A stretch of DNA of 64,000 nt from Novakomyces olei (lineage: Eukaryota). Below the pieces are notes generated by a model that worked only from the letters and a program-made list of their open reading frames with translations, was not told the origin of the DNA and searched no databases. The translations under genes were made by a program, and so were the position numbers. The stretch spans positions 806,001 through 870,000 of the forward strand of contig JADEYG010000004.1 of NCBI GenBank assembly GCA_016906335.1. Reading direction: 5' to 3'. Within the stretch, counting starts at the first letter, position 1. Each line of letters opens with the position of its first letter. Shown one piece after another: positions 9,948 to 22,399 of this stretch.

Positions 9948-12900
9948 TTACATAAAACTAAAGATCGTACCCAAGTCCACGAATCGGCGTCCCGATTTTT
10001 CGAGGTACGCTTGCACGATACCGCGCAGGCTCTGCAACTGTGCTCTATTCCGTTCCGCCATCACTTTCACTGCCTCCGGCACAGATGCATCCGACTTGGC
10101 CCGGTCAACATCAAATAGGGTGGACAAGTACAGCAGCTGATTATAGAGCTGCTTGTCACTATACTCATAGTGGACAATACCCCTGCAGCCGGGCCGGAGA
10201 CACCGTTTGCCATAGACGCAGACCTGCCGAGTACGCAGTCCGCAAGCAGGATCGTCACACACAACAATTGCATTATAATATCGATCAATATGCTGACGGA
10301 TCTGCCTGACCAGTTGAGCAGCTACGCGGGGAAAAGGTACGATTACAAGGTCACCAGCAGCCTCTGCGCCTGGACCCTCTACCTTGACTTTTGCCTCTTG
10401 TTGCTCATTTTCTTGCAAGTCGACGCCGAGTCCGTTGGCGGATAATCTGGTAGAGGCATGAGCGAGTCCACGAAATGCAAACACTGCAGATTCCTCCTTC
10501 CTATCACCAGCGTCCAGCATTAACGGCTCAGCGTCACGGAACCGTTCGGCATCGCTGAGCTGGCTCTCAAAAGGCTCAATCGTATGGCTGGATAGGGCGC
10601 TGTCTCCGCCTTCAAGAGAATGAACCTGGTACTTGCGAGGATCAAGGCCCAGGCACTCGGCAATCCTGGTCCTGTCTGTGCCCTGAATCGGAGCACACAG
10701 CCGTTCCATGGGCGGAAGAATCTGATTGGCCAAGTAGTATGTCCAGTCCAGATGCTTCGAATTGCCGTCACGTGCATGGACGTCCTGTGGCGAACACGCT
10801 CTGTCAGCCACGTGACCCTGACCCGCCGTAATAACAAAGGGGATTACGTCATGGACACGTACAGTATCGCCCTTGGCTTTCCGCTTGAGTGCGACTTGAA
10901 CATGGGGCATTGTTTTGCCGTTTGGGTACTCTTCCGGATTCTTTCCCAGAGCATTGTATATAATAAACTTGTTGAGGGGCACTTTGCCCGCCCTTACAGT
11001 CTCCGCCAGCTGGCCCAGGTACTCGTGGATGCTTTCTACAACAATTTCAGTAGGCTGACCAGACAAAATCTTGTCGAGCGCAAAAGCTGAGGCTTCTTTT
11101 GATAGCGCACAGTACTCTCGCCGACGCATATCGAGTCCTTTGACATCGACCTTTGTGCTAAGGATCCCATTGGACTGCTCAATGAGACTGAGAGCAGCAT
11201 ACTTTTTCTTTGCATGCAACAGGATTCGCTGGTAAACGTTGTCAATATCGATCTCCAGCAGCCTGTAACGCTCATTGACCAGTTTTTTAAACTCGTTGCC
11301 AATCCTCATGGCCTCCACCATATTGTCAACGTTTGTATTAATCATGACGGAATCAGTGTCTCCGTAAATTACTTGCAGCATCATTGACTCGGCAAGCTCC
11401 TTTGTATCCATCAGCACTTGCCTGCCCTTGTACGTTGTCAGCACGGCTAATGGCCGAGCGTAAAAGCGTGATTTCGTATACCCCAGGCACCCGTACATCG
11501 AATTGGCTGTCAATTTAAGCGCCTGCTGTTTGATGTCCCATTGCAGGCGCTGAACATTTGTGGCCTTTTTGTCCTTCATCAGGGTTTTCACCTGCCGACG
11601 TCTGTTTACTAGTGTCGAAATTAATCGGGGAAGGATCCCCTGTTTTACATCCGAGCTGGGCGGGTCAGGGACTGCCTCCTCTTCTTGTGTGCCATCGCTG
11701 CTGGTCTCTCGGTCGACAGTGGTAAAGCAGATATTATACTCTTGTATAATACTGGGGTAAAGGGAATTAAAATCCATGACGAGTATGAATCTGTCATACA
11801 GACCCTTTTGCGGCTCAAAGACAAGGCCTCCCTTGTACTTGTCCCGCTTTTTGGCTCCGACAGACGCGTCCTCTTCATCTGCCACAGCGTCCCTTCGCTC
11901 ATACATCGCCTTGTCGGGGCAGATATACTTGTTTTTGTGAAACTCGTGCAGCAAAATGTATTCGTTCCTCTCTGCACGGGTCCCCGTGAGCGTACGTGAC
12001 CAGGAATTACCGGCCAAGTTTGTCAGAATCTTTGTGAGTGGCAGCATTTGGATATTAAGCCCTACAGCGGCAATAAAGTACGTGTCTGCCTCTGCATGGG
12101 CAATAAAGTCCATCAGCCCTCTGGCATTCGCTGCCCAGGTACGTAGAGATTTTGCTACATCAATCTCTTGACGCTTAACCCCCAGTTGCGTATCAACAAT
12201 CTCCGACAGACTCCAACTCTGTGCCTTTATCAATGACCTGCCCAGCTCGTTTGCCAAATCACAGGCAAGCCTGCCCGCTCCAATCTGCTTTTCCAAGTAC
12301 ATTTGTGAGCGTGCACCATTGCTTGAATGCTGAGCCGCCTTGGGCCATTGGCTGCGACGAACACGGCCGATTCTGTGCCAGTTGGGTGTATTGCACTCCT
12401 TCATTCGCGATATCAAGATAGGGTAGCCCACTTGGTCCCATTCATGGCCCATAATAACGTCCGGGTCAATGTTTTGCACACGTGTGATAAACGTGTTTAA
12501 TAATGCCGACTCTGTACGTTCAGCACGGATAGTACTGCTGCCGTTTGCGGCTGCAGATGATTTGGAGGCCGCCTCCTTCTCAAAGCCGATAGGAAACAGT
12601 CGGTCAAAGGGCCGAATAATTGTAAACGTTCGTGATCGCAGCTTTTCTGCCGGCAGAGGCTCGTCCAGGGAAACGCTTTCATAGACCCGAGCAGTAATAG
12701 ATACAATCTCCTGCCTGTTTGTCTTTGCATTTACCACTGTACGCAATGCCACCGACATTACAGTCAGCAAAGGCGTCTCCCGTCTGCCCGCTGGAGGCTC
12801 TGGCAGAGGCTGAACATGATCAATATCGTCTACTCGCATTTCCAAACGGCACCAGGACGAGTTTGCGACTGTAAACTGTGGAGCCTCGACCCTCAGCCAG

Positions 12901-14423
12901 CAGGGACCCATTATATTACGTGCAAGAACAAACTGCTCAAACATACCCGTGTTTGTTCCAAAGACATGGCTAAACGCTTCGCCCTCGAGTGCAGCAGGAA
13001 GCTGCCTAGTGTAAGGCACAAGCGTCTTCAAGTAATCGCTCTGTGCAGGGATCCCGGGCAGTTCAAAGGCGTAGCGCCGGTTAGAGACTTTTGACTTGTA
13101 ATCACGGATGCCTGCTTTACTGTATAGCCGGGATACTTCATCATACACATCGGCCATGCCGACCTCAATCTGTGTGTCCCTGCCTTGGATTTTTTTGTAC
13201 TCCCGAGGCAGGAAATAGACGTTTCGCAATATACCATCGACCTTGAGCAGGGCGGATACGTACGTGCCGCTGCGATGGTCAAGGACTTTGCCAAACAGGT
13301 AGAGGCACGTGCCGAGCTCCAAGTAGTCCATCCAAAAGAATGGGACACTGCCGTCCTTCTCCACACAGTCAGACGGCGGGATTTTGACGCCAGCAAAGCC
13401 ATTACTGCTGCTGACTTGAGAGCTAGAATGGAGCGGATCGGGGTCGGAAGCTGTTTCCAGCTTTTCGTTTATAGAGTTCCACGCAGAAGTGTCGATCGTG
13501 TCCGCATCAACCTCAGAGCTAGGCGCATTTTCAAGGGGAGCTATTACTTTTTTGGTGGCACTGATAGACCTGACTTGCCGTGCAGGACCAGAATGTGCAC
13601 TGAGCTGTTTGGCAGAAAACTCGTCTTCGTCTTCCTCCTCCTCCTCGCTTTTATAGTTGAATTCTTCTTCTGCTGCCACAATACTGGTGTCTACTACCTC
13701 TTGTTTAACCGGTTTCAGTGGACCAGGTCTGCGCTCTGTTGGATCGTGCACAACTGTATTATCCAGTTCTTCTCGATCCTTTCCCACGAGGTCAGCTGAG
13801 GGATCAGACGGAGGACTGCTCGGCAGATCGGGCTTCAGCGGGCTTTGGTTGATGACATTACGTAGCGGCGGACTGGAAAACCGTTTAGCGCGTTTGACTG
13901 ATCGGTCGGCTTGCAGACTGTCTCGCGGCTTACGCGTTGCTCCACCATCGCTTCCGATATCCGCAAGAATAGACGCCATAAAATCCTGATCTTCCTCGCG
14001 TAAACCTGCCTGCCGTTCCTTCGGCACACCGGGAGAGGGAGCAACGATATTGCGTCGTTGGAAAAAGGCGCTAATAGGGCCTTCTTTGTGCCTCTTGCTG
14101 TCTGCAAAGGGATTAGATCAAATAAATATATCAATTATTGCCGTACCTTTAGACTGCTTTTTAGAAGCCTTCTCTTCTCCTTCACTGTCAGACCGATCAA
14201 ACTCGTCCTGACCATTGTCCACGTAGCCCTCACCGTTGTCATCGACTACAAAATCATCCTGATCCAAACGCGCTCTAACGATCCGCCGATAACGGTCGTC
14301 ATCGACCTCGTCATAGATGTCATTGGTGGCATCTGTCGTGTCCACATAAGACGCACCGCGTTTCTTGCCTGTGCGTTTCAGTTCGCGGAGTTCCTGCAAC
14401 CGCGCCAACCGTGCGGCCGACAT
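9948..14423 (-). CDS. POL1: DNA polymerase alpha catalytic subunit, 2 exons
   Basis: Family B motifs DFNSLYPSII, KLTANSMYG, YGDTDS and KKKYAA. Exon 1 has DDFVVDDNGEGY. Intron at about 14103-14146. Confidence 0.98.
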
Positions 14424-14444
14424 CGCCAATTGTTTGCGCGTAAA

Positions 14445-14450
14445 ACGCGT
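14445..14450. promoter_or_regulatory. MCB-like element ACGCGT upstream of POL1
   Basis: ACGCGT about 22 nt upstream of the ATG, with GCGCGT adjacent. Confidence 0.45.
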
Positions 14451-14543
14451 CGAATGGAGTTTACGTGTTTTTGTATTATATAAATTAATTAATTGAATAA
14501 TTAAGTGAATAATTGACTGAATAATGAATGGATCAATTAATTA

Positions 14544-14604
14544 AATAGTAATTAATAGTAATTAATAGTAATTAATAGTAATTAATAGTAATTAATAGTG
14601 ATTA
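14544..14604. repeat. (AATAGTAATT)n microsatellite, about 6 units
   Basis: Visible directly in the divergent POL1/RPL7 spacer. Confidence 0.9.
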
Positions 14605-14745
14605 AATATTACAAACAAGCAAACCAAAAGCGCTCTTCACAAGTAGCACTATGTGCACAGTTATATTACGCACGGATTACAAAGAGGACAGCTGTAATAT
14701 TACTTGTAAACCAACAGGATAGCCATAATCAAATACATGTGCGTT

Positions 14746-14772
14746 GCCCAACCCTAACCTAACCATGACTGC
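14746..14772 (+). promoter_or_regulatory. Ribosomal-protein promoter motif GCCCAACCCTAACCT plus ATGACTG
   Basis: Identical 15-mer to the RPS14 promoter. Ends 72 nt before the RPL7 ATG. Confidence 0.7.
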
Positions 14773-14832
14773 CAGTCTCTTATACACACAATACACAAGA
14801 GTGTAGAGTCCAGCAAACACACATCAGACTCA

Positions 14833-15915
14833 ATGGCTCCGTAAGTGTAGGTAAAGGCACTGCATTCACTAACAATTCTCAGGACAGTACCGACGAAAGA
14901 GCAGCTGCTCGAGCCTGAGACGCTTCTGAAGAAGCGCAAGGCCAACGAAAAGTCTCGCCAAGAAAAGCTTACTGCTTTGGCCGAGCGTCGCAAGGTACGA
15001 GTAGGCCGATGTGATTGTGCGGACATGTTGGCAAAGATTCTGGAGAGGTGTGACGCTGTGACATGCTGTTCTGCTCTATTGGCTATAAAATAGCTGGAAA
15101 ACGCATGATTGTCCCGTGATGCATACCATATCAGCAGACTAGCTACGGCAATGCTGTCGCAATTTTTAACCATCTTTCGGGTCTGAGGGATATAGAGAAC
15201 AGTGTACATTGGAACATTACCCTCCAATCTTTGCAATGCCCTTGCAATCACAACGCCATTCTGCAAACCAATTACTAACGTTATAAAGGCTTCTAAACAG
15301 AAACGCGAGGTTATCTTTAAGCGCGCTGAGCAGTATGTGAAGGAATACCAGGACGCAGAGAAGGAGAAGATCCGCCTCAACCGTCTTGCACGCAAGGAGG
15401 GCAATTTCTATGTCTCTTCTGAACCCAAGCTCGCCTTCGTCGTCCGCATCCGTGGTATCAACAAGATTGCTCCGAAGCCACGCAAAATTTTGCAGCTCCT
15501 CCGCCTGATTCAGATCAACAACGGCGTCTTTCTCAAATTGACCAAAGCTACCCTGCAAATGCTGCAGCTCGTTGAGCCGTATGTCACGTACGGTGAGCCT
15601 AATCTCAAATCTGTGCGTGAGCTACTGTACAAGCGCGGCTTTGGCAAGATCAACCGACAGCGGATTCCTCTTACGGACAACGCCATCATCGAGGAGAATC
15701 TGGGCAAGTTCTCTATCATTTCTATTGAGGACGTGATCCACGAGATCTTCACTGTTGGCCCCAACTTTAAGCAGGTCAACAACTTTTTGTGGCCATTCCA
15801 GCTCTCTAACCCCAACGGCGGCTGGCGCACACGCAAATTCAAGCACTTTATTGAGGGCGGTGATACTGGTAACCGGGCAGAGAACATCAACAAGCTCATC
15901 CGCCAAATGTCATAG
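14833..15915 (+). CDS. RPL7: 60S ribosomal protein L7 (uL30), 3 exons
   Basis: [83 protein letters not shown]. Confidence 0.98.
15112..15190 (+). ncRNA. Intronic box C/D snoRNA, snR39/snR59 type (guide for LSU rRNA 2'-O-methylation)
   Basis: Terminal stem TCCC/GGGA, C-box-like GTGATGC (15116-22), and guide ACCATCTTTCGGGT directly before D box CTGA (15183-86). The guide is complementary to conserved LSU rRNA ACCCGAAAGATGGT. Budding yeast snR39/59 are also hosted in RPL7 introns. Confidence 0.88.
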
Positions 15916-16280
15916 GCATTGCATGAGATAATAAAAGCATTGGCTAATGTAGTGAATTTAGAATGTAGAAATCAACAGCTGTTATCGTACTCGCACCTCT
16001 GTACGAAGACAATGCAAGGCAGTTTTTGTAGACGTGTACATTTCAAATATACATAAATATAATGATACTGACCATAATATGGACCATAGCTACTCGCTAT
16101 ATGTTCATCGCTTTATAGTTTCATCGCTTTTAGTCTCCCATTATATCTCTGCTATATTCTCTACTATATCTTCACTAAATATTATCGATCGCTATATATA
16201 TATTATTCATCAGTATTTTCACTATATTCTCCATCGCCATAGTCTTCCACTAAATATTATTCACTAAAAATTCGTCGCCT

Positions 16281-16348
16281 ATTCTCTATATTCATATATT
16301 CTCTATATTCATATATTCTCTATATTCATATATTCTCTATATTCATAT
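16281..16348. repeat. 17-bp tandem repeat (ATTCTCTATATTCATAT)x4
   Basis: Four exact units. Confidence 0.92.
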
Positions 16349-16402
16349 ATACGTACGCAAAAGGCCATTCGCTGCGAGTATGAACTCCAATGAGGTGGGC
16401 TG

Positions 16403-17620
16403 ATGGTGCGCAAGTCCGAGCGCAGCAGACTGCGCTCTATTTCTCAGCGCTATCAGCAATCCAACAGGCCTCAGTCTGCCAACAGTGATCCCGTTGAGGA
16501 GACGCTCCGAGAACGTCTTGATCGTTTGAGAGCGCAGGCTCTGCGTGAGCAGGTCAGCAGGCGGACAAAGCTTTCAAATTCAAATGGTGCGAGTACGAAT
16601 GCGGGCGGGGACAGTGCCTTTTCCGGCAGCCTGAGAGTGACTGCGAAAAAGCCTCAGTCTAGTGGACGAGCAAGTGGGCCTCGTGAACCGCCTTCGTGGT
16701 CCGTTAAAGGCGAATACGCTACTCAACGCGCTTACCTGGCCAATCAACGGGCCATGCGCTCGGCTCTATCAGCGGCAGATCCTGTAAAAGACCTGGAGAG
16801 ACGTGCAAAAGCACTCAATCTCGAAATTGGCACACGGAATTGTCTCTATGCACAGTGCATGCGTACTCTGGCTCGGCATTGGATTCTGTATGCCGAGTTT
16901 GCCAGGGACAGTGTGGCTGTTTTGTCGAGCGGGCAGAGGCAGATTCTCCTCCTCGAGATTGCCCAGACTTTTCTCGAAGATTTCTTGCACTGCTCAGAAC
17001 TGGAGGAGCAGGGGTTTCCCGCCGCTGGCTGTAGGGACTGCCTGCACTTTTGTTTTCCCGAGCACGAGAACAGTGCTCGGGCACTTGATCTTTCTTACTG
17101 TAATATTACACCAGTAACCTTGCAGCAGATCTTTCCCAAGCCGAGCGGGCATGCGTCACCGGAATCGTGGGAATCGAGGCACGAGCAGTTCTCACGTTTA
17201 TCCGCCTTGGCTCTGAATGGCGCTGATTTGAGTGGCGGTCCTACAGCCATAGCGGCTCTTTCACGGTCTATACCGAAAAGCGTTACGCGTCTAAGTCTTG
17301 CTTACTGCTCTGGACTCGCAGTGGCAAGTCTCCTAACAATGGCTCGGCATTTAAACTCGCTCGAGATGCTGGATTTGACTGGTGTAGCGCTTGTAGATGC
17401 CGCGTGTGTAGAAGACGCACTTTGCAGCCTTCCCTGGGGGCAAGTATGGCAATTGCTCACTGAAATCTGGCTTCCAGATGGCCAGAAAGTAATATGCGAT
17501 GCTACACGTGACCACGGCCGGCGTTTGCATGGACGCGCCGCCGATGTGCTTCAGTGCATGCTGTCGCGACGGAGCAAGCCTGCGCAATCTTTTACTACTT
17601 TTGCAGATTTTGAGGATTGA
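16403..17620 (+). CDS. Hypothetical protein with degenerate leucine-rich repeats (RNI-like)
   Basis: 405-aa intronless ORF with ALDLSYC, LSALALNG, VTRLSLAYC and LEMLDLTG repeats, plus a GPREPPSW motif. Confidence 0.7.
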   Translation: MVRKSERSRLRSISQRYQQSNRPQSANSDPVEETLRERLDRLRAQALREQVSRRTKLSNSNGASTNAGGDSAFSGSLRVTAKKPQSSGRASGPREPPSWSVKGEYATQRAYLANQRAMRSALSAADPVKDLERRAKALNLEIGTRNCLYAQCMRTLARHWILYAEFARDSVAVLSSGQRQILLLEIAQTFLEDFLHCSELEEQGFPAAGCRDCLHFCFPEHENSARALDLSYCNITPVTLQQIFPKPSGHASPESWESRHEQFSRLSALALNGADLSGGPTAIAALSRSIPKSVTRLSLAYCSGLAVASLLTMARHLNSLEMLDLTGVALVDAACVEDALCSLPWGQVWQLLTEIWLPDGQKVICDATRDHGRRLHGRAADVLQCMLSRRSKPAQSFTTFADFED

Positions 17621-17703
17621 ACAAGCAACAGTGAAAGAAAGTCCAAATCTACACATAACGGATGAAAAATAATGAAAAATAGGTGTAAAAAGAAAGAATA
17701 GAA

Positions 17704-17783
17704 AATAATAAATAATAAATAATAAATAATAAATAATAAATAATAAATAATAAATAATAAATAATAAATAATAAATAATAAAT
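17704..17783. repeat. (AATAAAT)n microsatellite
   Basis: Lies between convergent genes. Confidence 0.92.
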
Positions 17784-17952
17784 AGAAAATAAAAAATAGA
17801 AAATAGAAAATCGATAATATTAAGTATTGACAATCAATAAACATGAACAATGAATAGTATACTATATACATCACAATGATTTATTAATTACAGCCTACCA
17901 ATCTAAAGATCAGCTCTAACATTGCACGCATTTACGGCTGTATAATGCTATT

Positions 17953-20900
17953 TTAATAAATACCCTGCGACAGAATCTGGTATTGGTCATACAACCGCGT
18001 CCACACGCTGCAGTTTGATTTGTGGATCAGTACATCAACAAAATCGTACAAATCGTTATCCGTGAGAGACAACTGGAACCGCTGACGTAATTGCACGTGT
18101 GTTTGGGCACCCTGGGTAAAACATGGAAGCCGTGAATCTTCTTCCATTACCTGCACGAGCACAAGAATATCCTCTGCGTGTTTTCTGACGGTGCGAAATG
18201 CCGCCTTCATACAATCACGAAACTCATCAAACCGTGATCCCATAATATCAAGGTACTCTGCCGTCAGTTTGAACGGGGCGCTTTCAAATCCCACATTGCC
18301 CGGAGTATTTGAAAGCAGGAATCCAAAGTCTATATGTATAACATGGCCCTCATGGTCGATCAATATATTACCATTGTGCCTGTCTTTTAACTGCAACAGG
18401 TAGCTAATAACACTGTAACCTGCCAGCGACCTTATAAAAGCAGTCTGTGCGTTTCGATAAGTCTCCGTATCCTCCGGGCCGAATTTATGCACAAAATGAT
18501 CCTTGAGTGTAGCGATCTTGTGCGGGTCATTCTCAATAAACCTTTTTGTTAGGGTTTTCTTGATCGAATGTACACTAATGGCATTTGCAATTGTTTCAAT
18601 AAGCCCCGAATTGTCTCCAGTCACGAGAATCCTCATTCTTCGCACCCAAACTGGGGCTTCCGCTGCCTCCCAAATGCGCTTAAAAGTGTATACAAGCTGG
18701 CAGGCAAAGGCCTCTTGCCTTAAATCTGCTCCTGTCTTGACTATGCAGCTGATTAAATCCCAATCTTGTAGATGCCCAAAGGGAGAGGCTCTACGGATTC
18801 GTTCTTTCTTATCCACCCACTCTTCTTCAAAGATGGCCGCGCTCGGATCTTCCTTGTCCCCTTTACGTTCTGCTGCAGAAGCAGTATTGCTGTTGTTGTT
18901 ATTGCTTGTGTTATTGCTTGCGTTATTGCTTGTATTGCTTGCCAATGAAGGCAGTAAGCCTTCATCCAGCTGGTTTGACATGTGGGAAGACGACGAGTGA
19001 GGGTGACTTAGTCGTTGCTCTTCCAGACTCTGCATTTCGGCTATTATTTTAGCCTTTATAGACGCAACTTCAGCCCGAGGCCTTTTACCGCCTCCAGAAT
19101 CAAGCTGGGCCAGCATTGTAGCTGCTGCCCTCATATGCGTAGCTAATGAAGACAGATCCAAGTCTTCACTTGACCTTCCAGCACCTCCATTGCGAGAATA
19201 GCCACCTGAACTTTGCCGGTAACCCGCTAATCCTCCGCCGTAATGATGGTGGTTATGGATACGAGAATTACTGGACGAATGTCTTTGATGATTGTACAGC
19301 AATTGCCCACTTAGCGATCGAGTCCGTGAGACCCTTGTCTCCAGCCCTTTGGCCTTTCGAGGGCCTTTTCTGGCTGCTGCTTCCTCCTCACTTGAATCCG
19401 TGCCCGAATTGCCTCGTCCAGCCGTAGGTCTCTCCTCAGTGTTGGCATTGCCATTATTGTTATTGGCATTATTATTAACATTATCGTTATTACTATTAGT
19501 ATTGTTTCGATAGTCAACGTATTCCTGCTGCCTGGGCCTGAAAGGCTGTTCATCGTACTCATCATCATCATCATATTTGTTAACCGAATCAAAATCATTA
19601 TCCGTATCTTCATCGTCGTCATCGTCATAATTATCGTCCCTCAGAACCATTGGAGACATACTGAGATCGCCTGCGTCAGGGTCCATTTCCTCTCCTCCAC
19701 TGTCATTATTGCCTAAAAGACTTTGTAAATCGTCATATGCCTCATTCATATCAGGTTTGCTCGGGATAGACGACAAATCAAACCGACGCCTTTTTTCTGT
19801 TCCATTAATAACACGCTGAAGCTTTATCTTATTGCGTCTCCTTCGTGGATTAAAACTCAAGTGTCCGTTCAGTATTTCCACCATTATAAGAAAGGGAACT
19901 CGCTCTGCGCTGTTGAGCACTGACGCCTCTGAGGGATCGATCCTCAGCACTCTATGGCTCGCCTCTGAGGAGTTTGTCATTCCTGGGATATTTACATCGG
20001 CAGGCAGATCGTTGTTTAACAGTGTCAGTTCGGCCCTCAGTGCAGACAGTCTTGCCGGACGGGGCACAAGAACAAGTCTCACTGAAATGTCCTGCAGTGC
20101 CAGCAAAAACTGCGCTTCCTGTCGGAAATAGTTCGCCTTCAAAAGCCGTACTTGCTCTGCATGGGTCATACTTGCCAACGTTTTTCTACCGCCTTCTTCT
20201 CCTCTCGGACCGGCTGTATTTGCACCGAAATATTGCATGTTTTCCCACATCATACTGCCCCCAGTCTTGTCAAATCCCTGACTGAGATCAAGCGTCGATA
20301 ATGAAGGTGAAGATACAGCGCCAACTGAAGTTGAACCGGCTCCGACCATTCCTATTCCGATAGTAGAAGCAGAAGCGGAAGCAGAACCCGAACCCGAGCC
20401 GGGCCGCATTACAGGACTGCCATTGTACCTCGGGTCAGTATTTAACGCCAGGGACGAATTGCTGCGGGAAGAAATGCCAGAAACGCTAGCATTCGTGGGT
20501 GTAACGTTCTCTTCGCTATACTCGCCAGAGGACTGAACTGCATCTTCTGCTGTTATTCCCGGGGGTTTACGAGCCTGTGCGATGGCTATCGGGCCCACTA
20601 GAGATGGGAGTAATGGAGCTGCAACGCTTGCCATAACCAGGCTTGACAGTACTGTTGCCGGTAGTATATTTTCGCGAATACGCTCCTTGCCCTTGTCTGA
20701 AAATTCATAAGTGCCAAACACGATCCGTTGTACCCGGCTAAACATGTTTTTGCAAGTGTTGAACGTTGGACTATGAGGGGCCCTGGAAGCGTCGACCATG
20801 TAACACTGGTATATCCAAAAACTCTGGTTTGTTAAGCACAATACAAGGGACTTTAAGCAAAATAGGTTCGAAATGTATCAATCATTTACACAATGAATTT

Positions 20901-21522
20901 AAAACAATAGTACTGTGAGATGTGCAAACTTGTCCAAAAATATGCGGAACAAGACTGGTGAGCTCTGCAAATATATATATATATATATTGAAACCCAAAA
21001 AGAAAATAAAAGAATAAAGCCAATACTGGGAATGAGAATGAAAATGAAGGCTCAAACTTTGCAGGAATAGATGGAGAAAAAAATCAAGCCTGTACCATTA
21101 AAGCAAACTGGGTTGAGCGCTGACACATTTCAAGGATAAGATCCTCGAGAGCCACAGACTCGCTGACCTTTGTGACATTGAGGTGGCTAAATGATCAGCA
21201 ATTTATAGCAGCAGAGACGTACATAAGCTCCGGAAGGTAGTATTCGATCTCATCGTAAGCGAACCTGAACAATTAGACAGATCAAGGGCCTTCGTAGTTC
21301 CAACTTACGTTCTTAATTTATAGCACAGGTAGTGCTGAATGCCGATATCATTATGATAGCGGTGCAGGTAGGCAATGCATAGCTATCGTGTTAGATAACG
21401 ATGCCGGTAAAGTTTTCTTACCTGACTGGTGAAATGTGCCGACTGAAAAAATCGTAAAAGTAACGGCTAAGAGTAAGTAAAGAGGCATCACAAGATCTGC
21501 ATACATTTCCTCTCGACGACAT
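17953..21522 (-). CDS. PIK1: Phosphatidylinositol 4-kinase type III beta; several short 5' exons plus one long exon
   Basis: Spliced N-terminus MSSRGN|PLLLRFFQSAHF..IGIQHYLCYKL. Also VLNSAERVPFL, VKTGADLRQE, LKDRHNGNIL, HIDFGF and FESAPFKLT. Confidence 0.96.
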
Positions 21523-22024
21523 CGCGTCACATGCCTCTATGATTATCGCTTGTACACCTTGCAAGTATCAATTCAAGCCTTCATGCTCAGCTTTCTCTCT
21601 GCCCTACGCGCGCGTAATTCTGCTCAAGAAAACGAACCCGCCTTCTCCAATGAGCCAGTTGATACTACGTAAAGCTTCGCCAATGGTTTTGTACCGGGTT
21701 TTAAGGCCGCGCGCGCGTCGTAGTCGGAATTACCCGTCCTTTTGTGTTTTTCCAATGCGTTTGCAAGTTTATTGTATGAACATGTTATACTGTACGCATA
21801 TTGGAAGCATAATAATAGCACTATTCCACTCACATTTAATAGTATACCAATCGTGGGTCGGCGAGACTAGTAAGGTAAATTATGAAGAAAAATAAAGCGA
21901 TACTATCCTATTGTACACAACACTTTAAATATTATAGCACAATTTATATATGTAGGCACAATTTAAATATTAAAGCACAATTAAAATATTAAAGTACAAT
22001 TTAAATTAAAGCACGATATAAATA

Positions 22025-22399
22025 TTAATTAAAGTCCAGTTGGTAAATGGCCAAGTGCTGCTCGTCGCTCATTCGGAAATAAGGGGGGACGGCGAAAGGA
22101 GGGCAGTGTTCATCTGATGCTCGATGGTTCTGGTTCTGGTCCCGGCGACTGATGACGTCGTGCGCACAAATGCAGGCTTGACTTTTCGTCAGTGTCGCGT
22201 AGGTCTGGTGAATTAGCGCACAGGAGTGGAGACAGTCGTCGAAAAACTGAAAGGAGCCCGATTCTATCGAGCTAATCAGTCGGGTAGTTGACGCGTCGAA
22301 GCAGCCGAGAAAATGGGCTGCATCTACCACAGGATCCCACTGCCTTGCACAGACAGCGGCGGCGAAAAACGCCGATAATAGTGTAGCGAGGCGAGCCAT
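22025..22399 (-). CDS. Small secreted Cys-rich protein with a divergent single WSC-like domain
   Basis: Signal peptide MARLATLLSAFFAAAVCA, then FLGCFD..DDCLHSC..TYATL..ACIC..HCP..LAIY. Confidence 0.72.
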   Translation of the reverse strand: MARLATLLSAFFAAAVCARQWDPVVDAAHFLGCFDASTTRLISSIESGSFQFFDDCLHSCALIHQTYATLTKSQACICAHDVISRRDQNQNHRASDEHCPPFAVPPYFRMSDEQHLAIYQLDFN

